Shown here piece by piece: positions 49,048 through 58,195 of a stretch of 64,000 nt of DNA. The notes under the pieces are model-generated. The model was not told the DNA's origin and made no database searches. It worked only from the letters and a program-made list of their open reading frames with translations. The position numbers were made by a program, and so were the translations under genes. Origin of the DNA: Patescibacteria group bacterium (GTDB lineage: Bacteria > Patescibacteriota > WWE3 > UBA101185 > UBA10185). Positions within the stretch are counted from its first letter, which is position 1; each line of letters begins with the position of its first letter. The DNA is taken from contig JBMORU010000001.1 in NCBI GenBank assembly GCA_049322215.1, forward strand, positions 772,023-836,022. The letters run 5' to 3'.

Positions 49048-49255
49048 TTTATTGACATGACATATCAAATTTGCTATAAGTTTACTGTATAGAAATATGC
49101 AATGACAAAAACGCCTTGACTCTGTTGGAGCAATGCTTAGATGGTCAACTTAGGTTGCTAAGCTAGCTGTGATGATGGGGTACTTACAACCGGCCAGTCA
49201 ACCGGTTGGCGTAAAATTAATGTTATACCGGTTTTGTAGCCGGATTTTTTTTGCA
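49048..49255 (+). ncRNA. candidate small RNA or cis-regulatory leader: consensus promoter TTGACA-17-TATAAG about 49051-49079, structured region, intrinsic terminator about 49218-49250
   Basis: hairpins GCTTAG...CTAAGC, AACCGG...CCGGTT, and CCGGTTTTGTAGCCGG followed by a T8 run immediately before the RBS of 49270. Confidence 0.3.
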
Positions 49256-49269
49256 TATTTTTATGCAAC

Positions 49270-49596
49270 TTGAAAACTAAACCTAATCACAAATATGGAG
49301 GTAATATGTTGAAAAAACTTGAAGCCGTAAGAATGCAACGTAAAAAAGCTGTGTTTTGGACTATTGTTACAACTACCTTATACTTTCTGTTTCGCTTTGT
49401 TCACGACTCACAAACGGTTATTGACAAAGCACAAGCGGCAGTATCGCAAGTACAAAACAGCAATGAAGCTTTTGTTCAAGCTCAGCAAGTAATGCAAGAC
49501 CCATTATTGATAATTGTAACTGCTGTGTATGCAGTAGTTTTGATCGCATTGTGGTTACCAATTTTGGTGCATGCAATTGACCAACTAGACATTTAA
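49270..49596 (+). CDS. small 2-TM membrane protein
   Basis: RBS atatggaggtaatATG. Confidence 0.35.
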   Translation: MKTKPNHKYGGNMLKKLEAVRMQRKKAVFWTIVTTTLYFLFRFVHDSQTVIDKAQAAVSQVQNSNEAFVQAQQVMQDPLLIIVTAVYAVVLIALWLPILVHAIDQLDI

Positions 49597-49627
49597 CAAA
49601 AACAAAAAATAGGAGATAACACAAAAA

Positions 49628-50776
49628 ATGAAAAAAAATAAAACATCAAAGCTATTCACGCTAGGTCTACTTCTACTGTTAGCAACTTTAATTGCAGCAT
49701 GCAGGCCCTACCCGGTAAAACAAATTATTGAAATCGAGCCGCATCAAACTGCGTTTGTGGTTCCGTTGGAAGGAGATTCAACCGAGCAAGCTCAGTTTCA
49801 AAGCGTTGCGTTTTTAAAGGAATCTCAGGTAGCCACCAAGCGCATTGTTGTTGACGTTGTAGAGCATAAAATTGGGCGCGGTTGGTGGAATATTGAGTGG
49901 ATTCCTGTTGCCCGGGTTATTGTTGTTGACCGAACTCCTGTTACCCGACAATGGACAGAAGAAGAAGGAACCGGTACGTCAAATTCTAATGAAGCATTTC
50001 AGGTAGAAACAGTAGAAACCATTGGGTTTGCTATTGGTGGTGTTGTATCGGCACTTGTAACAGAAGAAAATGCAGCTAACTTTTTGTACTACTACCACGG
50101 AAAGCCACTCTCTGAGGTGATGGACACTGTTATTCGCGGGTACCTTCAGGCAAATCTGTTTAGTAGGTTTGGTACACTAACTCTTGAAGAGGCTCGTAAT
50201 CAAAAGGCTGAAATATTTACAGCAGTTTGTGACGCGGCGGTGACCGAATTTAAAACGCAGGGAATTACCATTCAAGCCTGTGGTGGTAGTGACGGTATGA
50301 TTTACGAAGACCGTGAGGTGCAAATTGTTGTAAACCAAGCGATTGAAGCCCAACAACAAAGGATTATTGCAGAAGCAGAGGCTACCTCGCAGGCAATTGT
50401 CAACAATACCGACATTGGCATTGCAAACGCGCAAGCTACTGTTGAAGTTATTCAGGCAGAAGCTGAGGCTGACGCATTGCGCGTAGTTGGTGAAGTGTTG
50501 GAACAAAACCCCGAAATTATTGGGTATACCTATGCCGAAGCATACAATGGTACAGTACCAAACACTTTGGTAGTGACTACGTCAACCAATGGATCTAACT
50601 CGCCGTTTATGTTTTTAATTGACGGTGTAGCAGTAACTCCAGCACCATATGCAGCCGGAGGTACCATGGCAACAGCAACCCCAAATGCGCCGGCAACTGA
50701 AACGCCACAGCCCACACAAACACCAACGCCAATGACCATTCCTACGGTAACGGCAACCGCTGAATCAGGTGGGTAA
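49628..50776 (+). CDS. lipoprotein with SPFH/band-7-like domain and Thr/Pro-rich C-terminal tail
   Basis: lipobox LIAAC; middle region resembles the SPFH core and AEAEA coiled-coil. Confidence 0.45.
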   Translation: MKKNKTSKLFTLGLLLLLATLIAACRPYPVKQIIEIEPHQTAFVVPLEGDSTEQAQFQSVAFLKESQVATKRIVVDVVEHKIGRGWWNIEWIPVARVIVVDRTPVTRQWTEEEGTGTSNSNEAFQVETVETIGFAIGGVVSALVTEENAANFLYYYHGKPLSEVMDTVIRGYLQANLFSRFGTLTLEEARNQKAEIFTAVCDAAVTEFKTQGITIQACGGSDGMIYEDREVQIVVNQAIEAQQQRIIAEAEATSQAIVNNTDIGIANAQATVEVIQAEAEADALRVVGEVLEQNPEIIGYTYAEAYNGTVPNTLVVTTSTNGSNSPFMFLIDGVAVTPAPYAAGGTMATATPNAPATETPQPTQTPTPMTIPTVTATAESGG

Positions 50777-50892
50777 TAAAACAAACAAAGATTAGGTTAG
50801 TTAATTAGTTAACTGGGTGTGCAAATTTCTTATGAAATCTGTACACCCTTTTTTTTCGGATTTTTTATAAACCTAAATGCTATACTTTTTTT

Positions 50893-51312
50893 ATGGCTAA
50901 AGCTGAAAACTGTGTAATTTGCTGTATAGATTTTAGATTTCAAGAAAAAACATACAATTGGTTATCCCAAAAACACATGTTAGGAAATACTGATGTAATA
51001 AGCATAGCTGGAACCATTAGAGATTTAGTGTTACCAATTGCAGAAAACGATAGAGAAGCACTAATTAAAGAAATTGATATATCAATTAATTTGCACAATC
51101 CTAACAATATATTTGTACTCGACCACCAAGATTGCGGAGGTTATGCACAAGACGACACAATCCCCACAGGCTTAACTTTTAAACAAGATATAGAACAGCA
51201 TAAAAAATTTGCAGTAGAAGGTAAAAAAATATTACAACAACGCTATCCTGACAAAAATATTGAATTTTATTACGAGCCTTTAAATGGAGAAATTATAAAA
51301 CTGGATTTGTAG
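50893..51312 (+). CDS. beta-carbonic-anhydrase-like mini-protein
   Basis: CIDFRF (CxDxR) and DHQDCGGY (HxxCG) zinc-ligand motifs in the beta-CA order; unusually short (139 aa). Confidence 0.4.
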   Translation: MAKAENCVICCIDFRFQEKTYNWLSQKHMLGNTDVISIAGTIRDLVLPIAENDREALIKEIDISINLHNPNNIFVLDHQDCGGYAQDDTIPTGLTFKQDIEQHKKFAVEGKKILQQRYPDKNIEFYYEPLNGEIIKLDL

Positions 51313-52258
51313 GTTGCTGCAACAATTTTTTTGCTTGTGTAATAGATTTTGTTTCCATTAACTTATCTTTTAGTTCTTTACTGCCATCAAAATCTTTTAT
51401 GTAAATTTTGAAGTACTTTTTCATTACATTGTAGTTTCTATTTTTGTAAAGTTCTGCGTATAAGTCTAAATGCTTAACTAAAAGATTTTTCAAAATATTT
51501 AGCTTGTCACCAGGTGCTACATTACTTTCTCTTGCAAACGCCCACATATCTAAAAATATACCTCTACCAATCATTACTCCGTCAGTTTTATACTTTTTAC
51601 AGTATTCCTCTGCCTGTGTTCTATTTAAAACGTCTCCGTTTCCTAAAATTACAGTTTCTTTTTTCATTGAGTTGCGTAATTCAACTGCTTTTTTAATTTC
51701 GCCCCAGTTTGCCAAAACTTTAGACATGTCTTTTACAGTTCTACCGTGAATAGTTAGCGCATTTAAATTATGCTCAAGTAAAAACCCTATCCAATCTTTT
51801 GTTTGATATTCATTAATACCTAAACGTGTTTTCACACTAACAGGCATATTTTTTGCACCTTCTTTAGTTGCTGAAATTATTTCGTGTGCCAATGTTCTGT
51901 CATTAATTAATCCTGCACATAAGCCTAATTTCATAACACTTTTTTGAGGACAACCCATATTTAAATCAACACCGGCAAAACCCATTTCATTTAGCTCGGC
52001 TGCAGCTTTTTCAAAGTTTTCAGGCTTAGTTCCCCAAACCTGAGCTATAACAGGGCTTTGTTTAGCACTGAATTTGAGTTTTTTAAGCACAACTTCACGC
52101 CCTTTTGAATAAAGAGCTTCTACGTTAACAAACTCTGTAAAAAGCACATCTGGTTTTGCTGTTTCGCAAACAATTTCTCTAAAAGCGAAATCTGTTACGT
52201 CGTACATAGGTGCTAATACAACTATTGGTTTTTTTAATTCTGACCATACATTTTTCAT
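51293..52258 (-). CDS. dus: tRNA-dihydrouridine synthase
   Basis: VLAPMYDVTDFAFREI, catalytic C in NMGCPQ, TIHGRT motifs. Confidence 0.8.
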   Translation of the reverse strand: MKNVWSELKKPIVVLAPMYDVTDFAFREIVCETAKPDVLFTEFVNVEALYSKGREVVLKKLKFSAKQSPVIAQVWGTKPENFEKAAAELNEMGFAGVDLNMGCPQKSVMKLGLCAGLINDRTLAHEIISATKEGAKNMPVSVKTRLGINEYQTKDWIGFLLEHNLNALTIHGRTVKDMSKVLANWGEIKKAVELRNSMKKETVILGNGDVLNRTQAEEYCKKYKTDGVMIGRGIFLDMWAFARESNVAPGDKLNILKNLLVKHLDLYAELYKNRNYNVMKKYFKIYIKDFDGSKELKDKLMETKSITQAKKLLQQPTNPVL

Positions 52259-52403
52259 GTCAAGCTATCATAACAATGTATTTTGAAATTTGTAAGACCT
52301 CTAGCAAAACAGCTTGTTGGTGATATGAAAAAATCTAGTAGAATGAAGAGGAACGAACCCAAAGGCGACTGAAAAGTCGCCTTCTTTAACGTATAATAAC
52401 CCA

Positions 52404-53027
52404 ATGTTTAGAGGATCTAAAACCCTAATTGCAATTACCACCCTTTTTGCTTTTATAGTAGTTTATGTGTTAACTTACTTTCCTTTTTTGTTTACTCCAG
52501 AAAATTTAGTTACTTTTTTAGTTTTGCTATTTGTTGTAACAATTTTTTCTATTTGGTTTAGTTTTTTCTTTCACAAAAAAATTATTAAGGGAGCGCCTTA
52601 TTTACCAAGTACAGATAAATGTATAGAAAACATGCTGTCGGTACTAAACCTAAACAAAAACATGATTGGTGCAGATTTAGGCTTTGGTGATGGTAGGGTA
52701 CTAAGTTTAGTATCTTCAAGAGTAAAAAATTTAGATGGTTACGAAATTAATCCTTTATTGTTTGTTATTGCAAAGTTTAAGCTTTTTATTGCAGACAAAA
52801 AAAATGTTAGTTTGTTTTTAAAAAGTTACTGGAGTGTTGATTTATCAAAATACGATTTTATTATTGTTTTTGGAATTCCACACATTATGGGTGATTTAGA
52901 AGAAAAACTAAAAAAAGAAGCAAAACCTAACTTGCAGGTTGTTTCAAACAGATTCGAATTTCCAAATACCAAAGAAGTAAAAAAAGTAGAGGACATTTAT
53001 TACTACGTTTTTAATTCGCAACATTAA
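52404..53027 (+). CDS. membrane-anchored class-I SAM-dependent methyltransferase (putative)
   Basis: 2 N-terminal TMs then GADLGFGDGRVL (GxGxG) motif. Confidence 0.45.
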   Translation: MFRGSKTLIAITTLFAFIVVYVLTYFPFLFTPENLVTFLVLLFVVTIFSIWFSFFFHKKIIKGAPYLPSTDKCIENMLSVLNLNKNMIGADLGFGDGRVLSLVSSRVKNLDGYEINPLLFVIAKFKLFIADKKNVSLFLKSYWSVDLSKYDFIIVFGIPHIMGDLEEKLKKEAKPNLQVVSNRFEFPNTKEVKKVEDIYYYVFNSQH

Positions 53028-53031
53028 CATA

Positions 53032-53958
53032 CTAAAGCATAAATGCTTTAATAAATTTACCGGTTTCTTCAGAAACTTCTACAAAATCTTCGTAAGTAGT
53101 GCCACTAGACATTACGCATACTAATACAATTTTTTCGTTTAAAACTATTCCACAGTCGTGCCAACTGCCTTCATTACCCCAGTTGCCTATTTTGTGACTA
53201 AAAGTAACGTCTTCACCTAAACCTACATTTATTCTGTCGTCAAACGAGGTTTGAGAAAGCATATTTATAATTAAGTTAGAATTTTCAGCAGCCAAATATG
53301 AATAAGTGGCTAACTTTTCTAAAAGTTCTATCATTTCACTGGGTGTTATATTAAGCGTGTTAGGAAAACGTGTTACAGAAGCATATGGAAAGTAATTGCC
53401 CACAGGCATTGATATTGAACGAGTAAGCATGTTTTGCGCGGTATTATCAGATTCTTTTAGTAATTTTTCTAAGGTTTGCTTAACAGTTAGCTTTGACCCT
53501 GTTTTGTAACCCTGCAAAGACCCAGAACCCGACTCTTTGTCAAATAGTGTTAGTGTAAGCTCATTTTCTAAAGATATTTTGTTTGCCTCTACATCACGCA
53601 GTACTGCAATTGCAACCGGTACCTTATACAATGAGGCGCTGTAATAGTTTGTATCTTTGTTTAAAGTTTTTTCTACCCCTGTTTTTAGATCTTTAATATA
53701 TATTGAGTAAGTACCAGGTTTTGAATTAGCAAAGTCTTGCAAAATACTAAATTGGTAATCAACTTGAGAGTTAAATTTATAATCTAGGCCAAGTTGTATG
53801 TTTAAAGGCAAATCAATAGATGAAGATGCAAGAGACGTTGTAGCTTTTGCGATATTTGTAGATTTAGAATCAAGATCGGCAAGCACAAAAGTGCCAATAA
53901 TTAACATGCCTAGTAGTATTCCCGCCAATGTTGGATATGCTTTTTCCTTCATAAACAT
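53032..53958 (-). CDS. secreted class-A beta-lactamase-like serine hydrolase (paralog of 48274-49041)
   Basis: signal peptide, SLYK (SxxK), ESDNTAQN (SDN), HKIGNWG (KxG). Confidence 0.55.
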   Translation of the reverse strand: MFMKEKAYPTLAGILLGMLIIGTFVLADLDSKSTNIAKATTSLASSSIDLPLNIQLGLDYKFNSQVDYQFSILQDFANSKPGTYSIYIKDLKTGVEKTLNKDTNYYSASLYKVPVAIAVLRDVEANKISLENELTLTLFDKESGSGSLQGYKTGSKLTVKQTLEKLLKESDNTAQNMLTRSISMPVGNYFPYASVTRFPNTLNITPSEMIELLEKLATYSYLAAENSNLIINMLSQTSFDDRINVGLGEDVTFSHKIGNWGNEGSWHDCGIVLNEKIVLVCVMSSGTTYEDFVEVSEETGKFIKAFML

Positions 53959-54016
53959 AATATTTCAAATTCTATTGTAATTAACAACCTTTTCTTGGTA
54001 AAATGCTCATACTAAT

Positions 54017-54093
54017 GGGTCCTTAGCTCAGCTGGTTAGAGCATCCGGCTTACATCCGGAAGGTCCGGGGTTCGAATCCCTGAGGGCCCACCA
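54017..54093 (+). tRNA. tRNA-Val (anticodon UAC)
   Basis: acceptor GGGTCCT/AGGGCCC, anticodon stem TCCGG/CCGGA, loop CUUACAU, encoded CCA. Confidence 0.85.
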
Positions 54094-54115
54094 CTAATAA
54101 TTAACTTTTTAAATT

Positions 54116-54835
54116 TCAATTGGCAGAAAAGGTAAATCTTTCAAAAAATAAGTTTTCAGCAGATAAACCCTGCTTTATTAAACTTTCGGTTATTTCAGTA
54201 ATCATTTTTGGGTTACCACATAAATAAACATCAGTTTTTTTAGTGTCAGGTATTTGTACGTGCTGTGTAACTCTACCAGAAACACTTTTTGGTAAACGCC
54301 CATTTTTTGATATACATATTTGATAATCAAAGTTAGGAATATTATTTACGCATTCGTTTAGGTAATCTAAATATAAAGCTTCATCGGCATTTCTTATTCC
54401 AAAGTATAAAAATACATTTGCGTTTGGTTTTTGGTGTTCTAGCGCATGAAACATTGAAATAAAAGGAGCAATGCCTGTTCCGGTGGCTATAAAAACCAAA
54501 TTTTTATTAAAAGGTTCTACAAGTAAAAACCTGCCCGAGGGGCCAATAAAAGTAACTTCATCACTAAGTTTTAAACTACGTGCATAATTTGATCCTAAAC
54601 CTTCGTGTGCAATGTCTATTGCTAGTTTAATGGTGCGATGTTCGTGAGGGTTTGATGCAATTGAATACGACCTGTACTTTGAATCATTTACCTTTAAGTT
54701 AACAAACTGGCCTGGAATAAAAGCAATTTCCCACGGTTGTACCAAAGCTAAAACTAATTCTATAGTTTTTGGACTAAGTTGTATTTTATCTTTTACTTGT
54801 GCCTTAAATAACTGAGGCTTTATAAACATGAGCAA
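54116..54835 (-). CDS. ferredoxin-NADP reductase-family FAD/NAD(P)-binding oxidoreductase
   Basis: RSYSIAS (RxYS FAD-binding) and FIATGTGIAPF (NAD-binding) motifs. Confidence 0.65.
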   Translation of the reverse strand: MLMFIKPQLFKAQVKDKIQLSPKTIELVLALVQPWEIAFIPGQFVNLKVNDSKYRSYSIASNPHEHRTIKLAIDIAHEGLGSNYARSLKLSDEVTFIGPSGRFLLVEPFNKNLVFIATGTGIAPFISMFHALEHQKPNANVFLYFGIRNADEALYLDYLNECVNNIPNFDYQICISKNGRLPKSVSGRVTQHVQIPDTKKTDVYLCGNPKMITEITESLIKQGLSAENLFFERFTFSAN

Positions 54836-55005
54836 ATTGTATTGGGTTATTGTGGTTTAGGCAAATGTGTATAATTTGTTACTATAGTTTTTAAATTGTT
54901 TAGGTTTTATAGTTGTATTTGTTGCAAGTGTAATAAATACTAAGCTCAACAAAAAACAACTAAACTGATATAATGCATTGGCTTACATTTGTAAGCTGGT
55001 TTTAA

Positions 55006-55079
55006 TGGGGGATGGTGTAAGGGTAGCACACTGGGTTTTGGTCCCAGGAATTGGGGTTCGAATCCCTGTCCCCCAGCCA
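55006..55079 (+). tRNA. tRNA-Gln (anticodon UUG)
   Basis: U1:A72 acceptor TGGGGGA/TCCCCCA, anticodon stem CTGGG/CCCAG, loop UUUUGGU, discriminator G + CCA, as in bacterial tRNA-Gln. Confidence 0.8.
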
Positions 55080-55174
55080 AAAGGAGCACCCCTAGTGACC
55101 CACTTCTCTCGATTATCCTTTAAGGGCTTGATAAATTCCTAGTTAAAATTCAATAGATTCGAACTAAAGCAAAA

Positions 55175-55558
55175 CTAGAGCTCTAAAACTTCATATTCTC
55201 TATATCCGCGTTGTATTATGGCTTTATCTTTACCTAACTCAATACTCTTTTTTAACAAATACAGCGTATTATCTAATTCTTCTTTACATGTAACATTGGC
55301 AGTATCAAAATTTACACGGTCTTCAGTGTTATAGAAGTAATAAACTTCTCCAGTAGAATTCTCATCAATACATTTTTTATAATCAATATAGGCACCATCG
55401 AGGTGTTCATAAAAAACAGACCAATCTTTAGCAGTGAAACTTTTGTAGTTTGAGTAATACTTACCTGAATAAAATGAACCCAATCCTGTAATAAGTAATA
55501 AAATGGCAAATAGAATAATAGTTTGTTTATTTAGCTTTAATTCCTTTTCGAAAGTCAC
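55175..55558 (-). CDS. membrane-anchored hypothetical protein
   Basis: N-terminal TM; no motif. Confidence 0.3.
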   Translation of the reverse strand: MTFEKELKLNKQTIILFAILLLITGLGSFYSGKYYSNYKSFTAKDWSVFYEHLDGAYIDYKKCIDENSTGEVYYFYNTEDRVNFDTANVTCKEELDNTLYLLKKSIELGKDKAIIQRGYREYEVLEL

Positions 55559-55580
55559 TAGCTAACATGTTACATTAAAT

Positions 55581-56027
55581 ATGCGAAATGTTTATGGGTA
55601 TATTAAACGTATGAACAAAAAAATTTTAAACAAGCTAATCATTGGAATAGTAATTACACTGCTAGTTTTACACACATTAAATGTAGATCTTGTAGTTATT
55701 GATACTACAAGTATATGGTTACTTATAATACTTATTTTCACATTAGTGTTAGATAGAGTTAAAACGATAAATTATAAAGAGCTTGGTATTGAGTTTTTTG
55801 AAGCAAAAGAGGAATTAAACAAACGCAGCGAAAAACTTACAGCAGACATTGAAAATAAAGACTTAAAAATGGATAAAGAAAAAAGAATACAAGAGGAAAT
55901 TGACTTTGCATTTAAAACAGGGCTCAGAATAGGAGGTTATTTTGAAGGCAAACCAATTTATGATATTAGTAACTTTACAAAATACAAAGCTGCCGATAGG
56001 GAAACCGTGCAGTGGGATGAATCATAA
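55581..56027 (+). CDS. membrane hypothetical protein with coiled-coil
   Basis: 2 TM; intrinsic terminator 56047-56071. Confidence 0.3.
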   Translation: MRNVYGYIKRMNKKILNKLIIGIVITLLVLHTLNVDLVVIDTTSIWLLIILIFTLVLDRVKTINYKELGIEFFEAKEELNKRSEKLTADIENKDLKMDKEKRIQEEIDFAFKTGLRIGGYFEGKPIYDISNFTKYKAADRETVQWDES

Positions 56028-56046
56028 AAAAACAACGTTGCAAAGA

Positions 56047-56071
56047 AAAAGCCACCCGAAGGTGGCTTTTT
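56047..56071 (+). terminator. intrinsic terminator AAAAGCCACC-CGAA-GGTGGCTTTTT upstream of the RM operon leader
   Basis: perfect 10-bp GC-rich stem, tetraloop, T-run. Confidence 0.75.
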
Positions 56072-56326
56072 CAAGTACCCTGATGAGATAAATCTCATTA
56101 GGGTATGAGTGAATATACATAAACTTTTAAAATACGTCAACTATTTTAGATGTCTTTAATAAAGGAAACTTGCTTTTTGTTTTTGGATCTAAGTATCTTG
56201 CCTAATAAATGGCGCTATGAAATGCTTCTAACATTTTGTTACAGTAACACACTATAAATGATTTAATGTGTCCTAATATGATGTAAAATACAACTATAGT
56301 ACTTATGCAAAAATGAGGATAAAAAT

Positions 56327-58195
56327 ATGAATGAAGATAATAAGGTTGATGGGTTTTCGTTTAATCCACAACACGATTTAGTAGAGTTCTTAAAAGAAAA
56401 AGCACCTGAGGTATTTACCGAAGGAAAAATAGATGCAGATAAGTTAAACGCAACACTTGGAAATGTTGTATCTGTAGGTAGTGAGAAATATGGGCTAAAT
56501 TGGGCGGGAAAAAGCGACTGCTTTGCAGAAATTCAAAAAACTACAACAAATACTTTAAAGCCATTAAAAGATAAATCAATACGCTTTGACGAAACAGAAA
56601 ACATTTTTATTGAGGGTGAAAACCTAGAAGTTCTTAAAATATTGCAACGCTCTTATTTTAATAAAGTGAAAATGATTTATATTGACCCGCCTTATAACAC
56701 TGGGAGCGACAGCTTTATTTATGATGACAAGTTTAAGTCGAGCAAAGAATATTATGAGAAAGAGGCTGGTGTAAGGGATGGGAATGGAGATTTGAACAAA
56801 GACTCGCTATTTAGAAAAAATACAGCAGATTCTGGACGCTACCACTCTAATTGGTTGAATATGATGTATCCCCGCCTATTCCTGGCAAGAAACTTACTCC
56901 GCGAAGATGGGGTTATTTTTGTAAGTATAGATGGGTATGAGATGCACAATCTACGACTATTATTAGATGAAATTTTCGGAGAAGAGAACAAAGTAGGAGA
57001 ATTCATTTGGAAAAGCAAACACGGTGGAGGGGGTGACAACCCCTTTATGGTGCAAGAACATGAGTACATTCTTTTCTATGCCAAAAACATTAATGCACTT
57101 GAGCCTCTTTTTGTTACTCCTCCAGACAAGTATTTTGATATGTTCAGATACGAGGATTCTAAAGGTAAATATTATCTGGATAGACTAGATAAGAAGGGTA
57201 TAGACCAGAATCGACCCAACCTTATTTATCCAATTAAATGTCCAGATGGGACAACAAAAGATATCAGTCCCCAAATATGGCGATTGTCTGAAGAGGAATT
57301 TAATAAAAGGAAATCTGAGGGATTAGTAGAATTCAAGAAAGATAAAAACGGAGAATGGCAAATATATACAAAGACATATCTTAGGGACGAGGATGGAAAC
57401 AAGCGAAGAGTGAAACCTAGAAGTGTTCTAAAACAAGAAATTGTTGGATTTACACAAAATGGTAATAAGGAGATGGTAGAAATTTTCGGTACTAAGTTAT
57501 TTGATAATCCGAAGCCTGTATCACTAATTAAATTCTTTTCAGACATTGCACTTTATGACCATAAGGATGCCTTAACTTTAGATTTTTTTGCGGGTTCTGG
57601 TACTACCGCCCAAGCTGTAATGGAACTAAACAAAGAGGATGGGGGTAATAGAAAATTCATATTAGTACAGCTTCCTGAGTTAACAGAGGAAAAATCCGAA
57701 GCATACAAAGCAGGTTACAAAAACATTGCAGATATAACACTAGCCCGTATACAAAAAGTCTCAGAAAAGTTATCCAGGGAAGGTACAAAGACAGATTTGG
57801 GCGTTAAAACCTACAAACTGGACAAATCTAATTTCAAAATATGGCAGTCTGATAAAATCAAAGATGCAAAAGACCTGCAGCAGCAGATGCTTTCATTTAC
57901 TGATATCATCCAGCCTCACTCCACCAAAGAATCAATGCTCTACGAGATAATGTTGAAGTCAGGATACCCATTGACCTCAAAAGTTGAAAACAAAGGGAAA
58001 TACTACTCTATTGATAGTAATGCCGCTGTTATTTGTCTGGAAGAAAAGACTAATGGCGATATTGTAGAGGATGTTTTGAACCTACAACCCCAACTATTTA
58101 TCTGCTTAGATAGCGGATTTTCCAGAAACGACCAACTAAAAACAAATGCAAAGTTGCAATTTAAGGACAAAGGAATTGAATTTAAGGTTATATGA
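56327..58195 (+). CDS. mod: Type III restriction-modification DNA N6-adenine methyltransferase (Mod)
   Basis: IYIDPPYNTGSD (motif IV, DPPY) preceding FFAGSGTTAQA (motif I) = beta-class order typical of Type III Mod. Confidence 0.85.
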   Translation: MNEDNKVDGFSFNPQHDLVEFLKEKAPEVFTEGKIDADKLNATLGNVVSVGSEKYGLNWAGKSDCFAEIQKTTTNTLKPLKDKSIRFDETENIFIEGENLEVLKILQRSYFNKVKMIYIDPPYNTGSDSFIYDDKFKSSKEYYEKEAGVRDGNGDLNKDSLFRKNTADSGRYHSNWLNMMYPRLFLARNLLREDGVIFVSIDGYEMHNLRLLLDEIFGEENKVGEFIWKSKHGGGGDNPFMVQEHEYILFYAKNINALEPLFVTPPDKYFDMFRYEDSKGKYYLDRLDKKGIDQNRPNLIYPIKCPDGTTKDISPQIWRLSEEEFNKRKSEGLVEFKKDKNGEWQIYTKTYLRDEDGNKRRVKPRSVLKQEIVGFTQNGNKEMVEIFGTKLFDNPKPVSLIKFFSDIALYDHKDALTLDFFAGSGTTAQAVMELNKEDGGNRKFILVQLPELTEEKSEAYKAGYKNIADITLARIQKVSEKLSREGTKTDLGVKTYKLDKSNFKIWQSDKIKDAKDLQQQMLSFTDIIQPHSTKESMLYEIMLKSGYPLTSKVENKGKYYSIDSNAAVICLEEKTNGDIVEDVLNLQPQLFICLDSGFSRNDQLKTNAKLQFKDKGIEFKVI

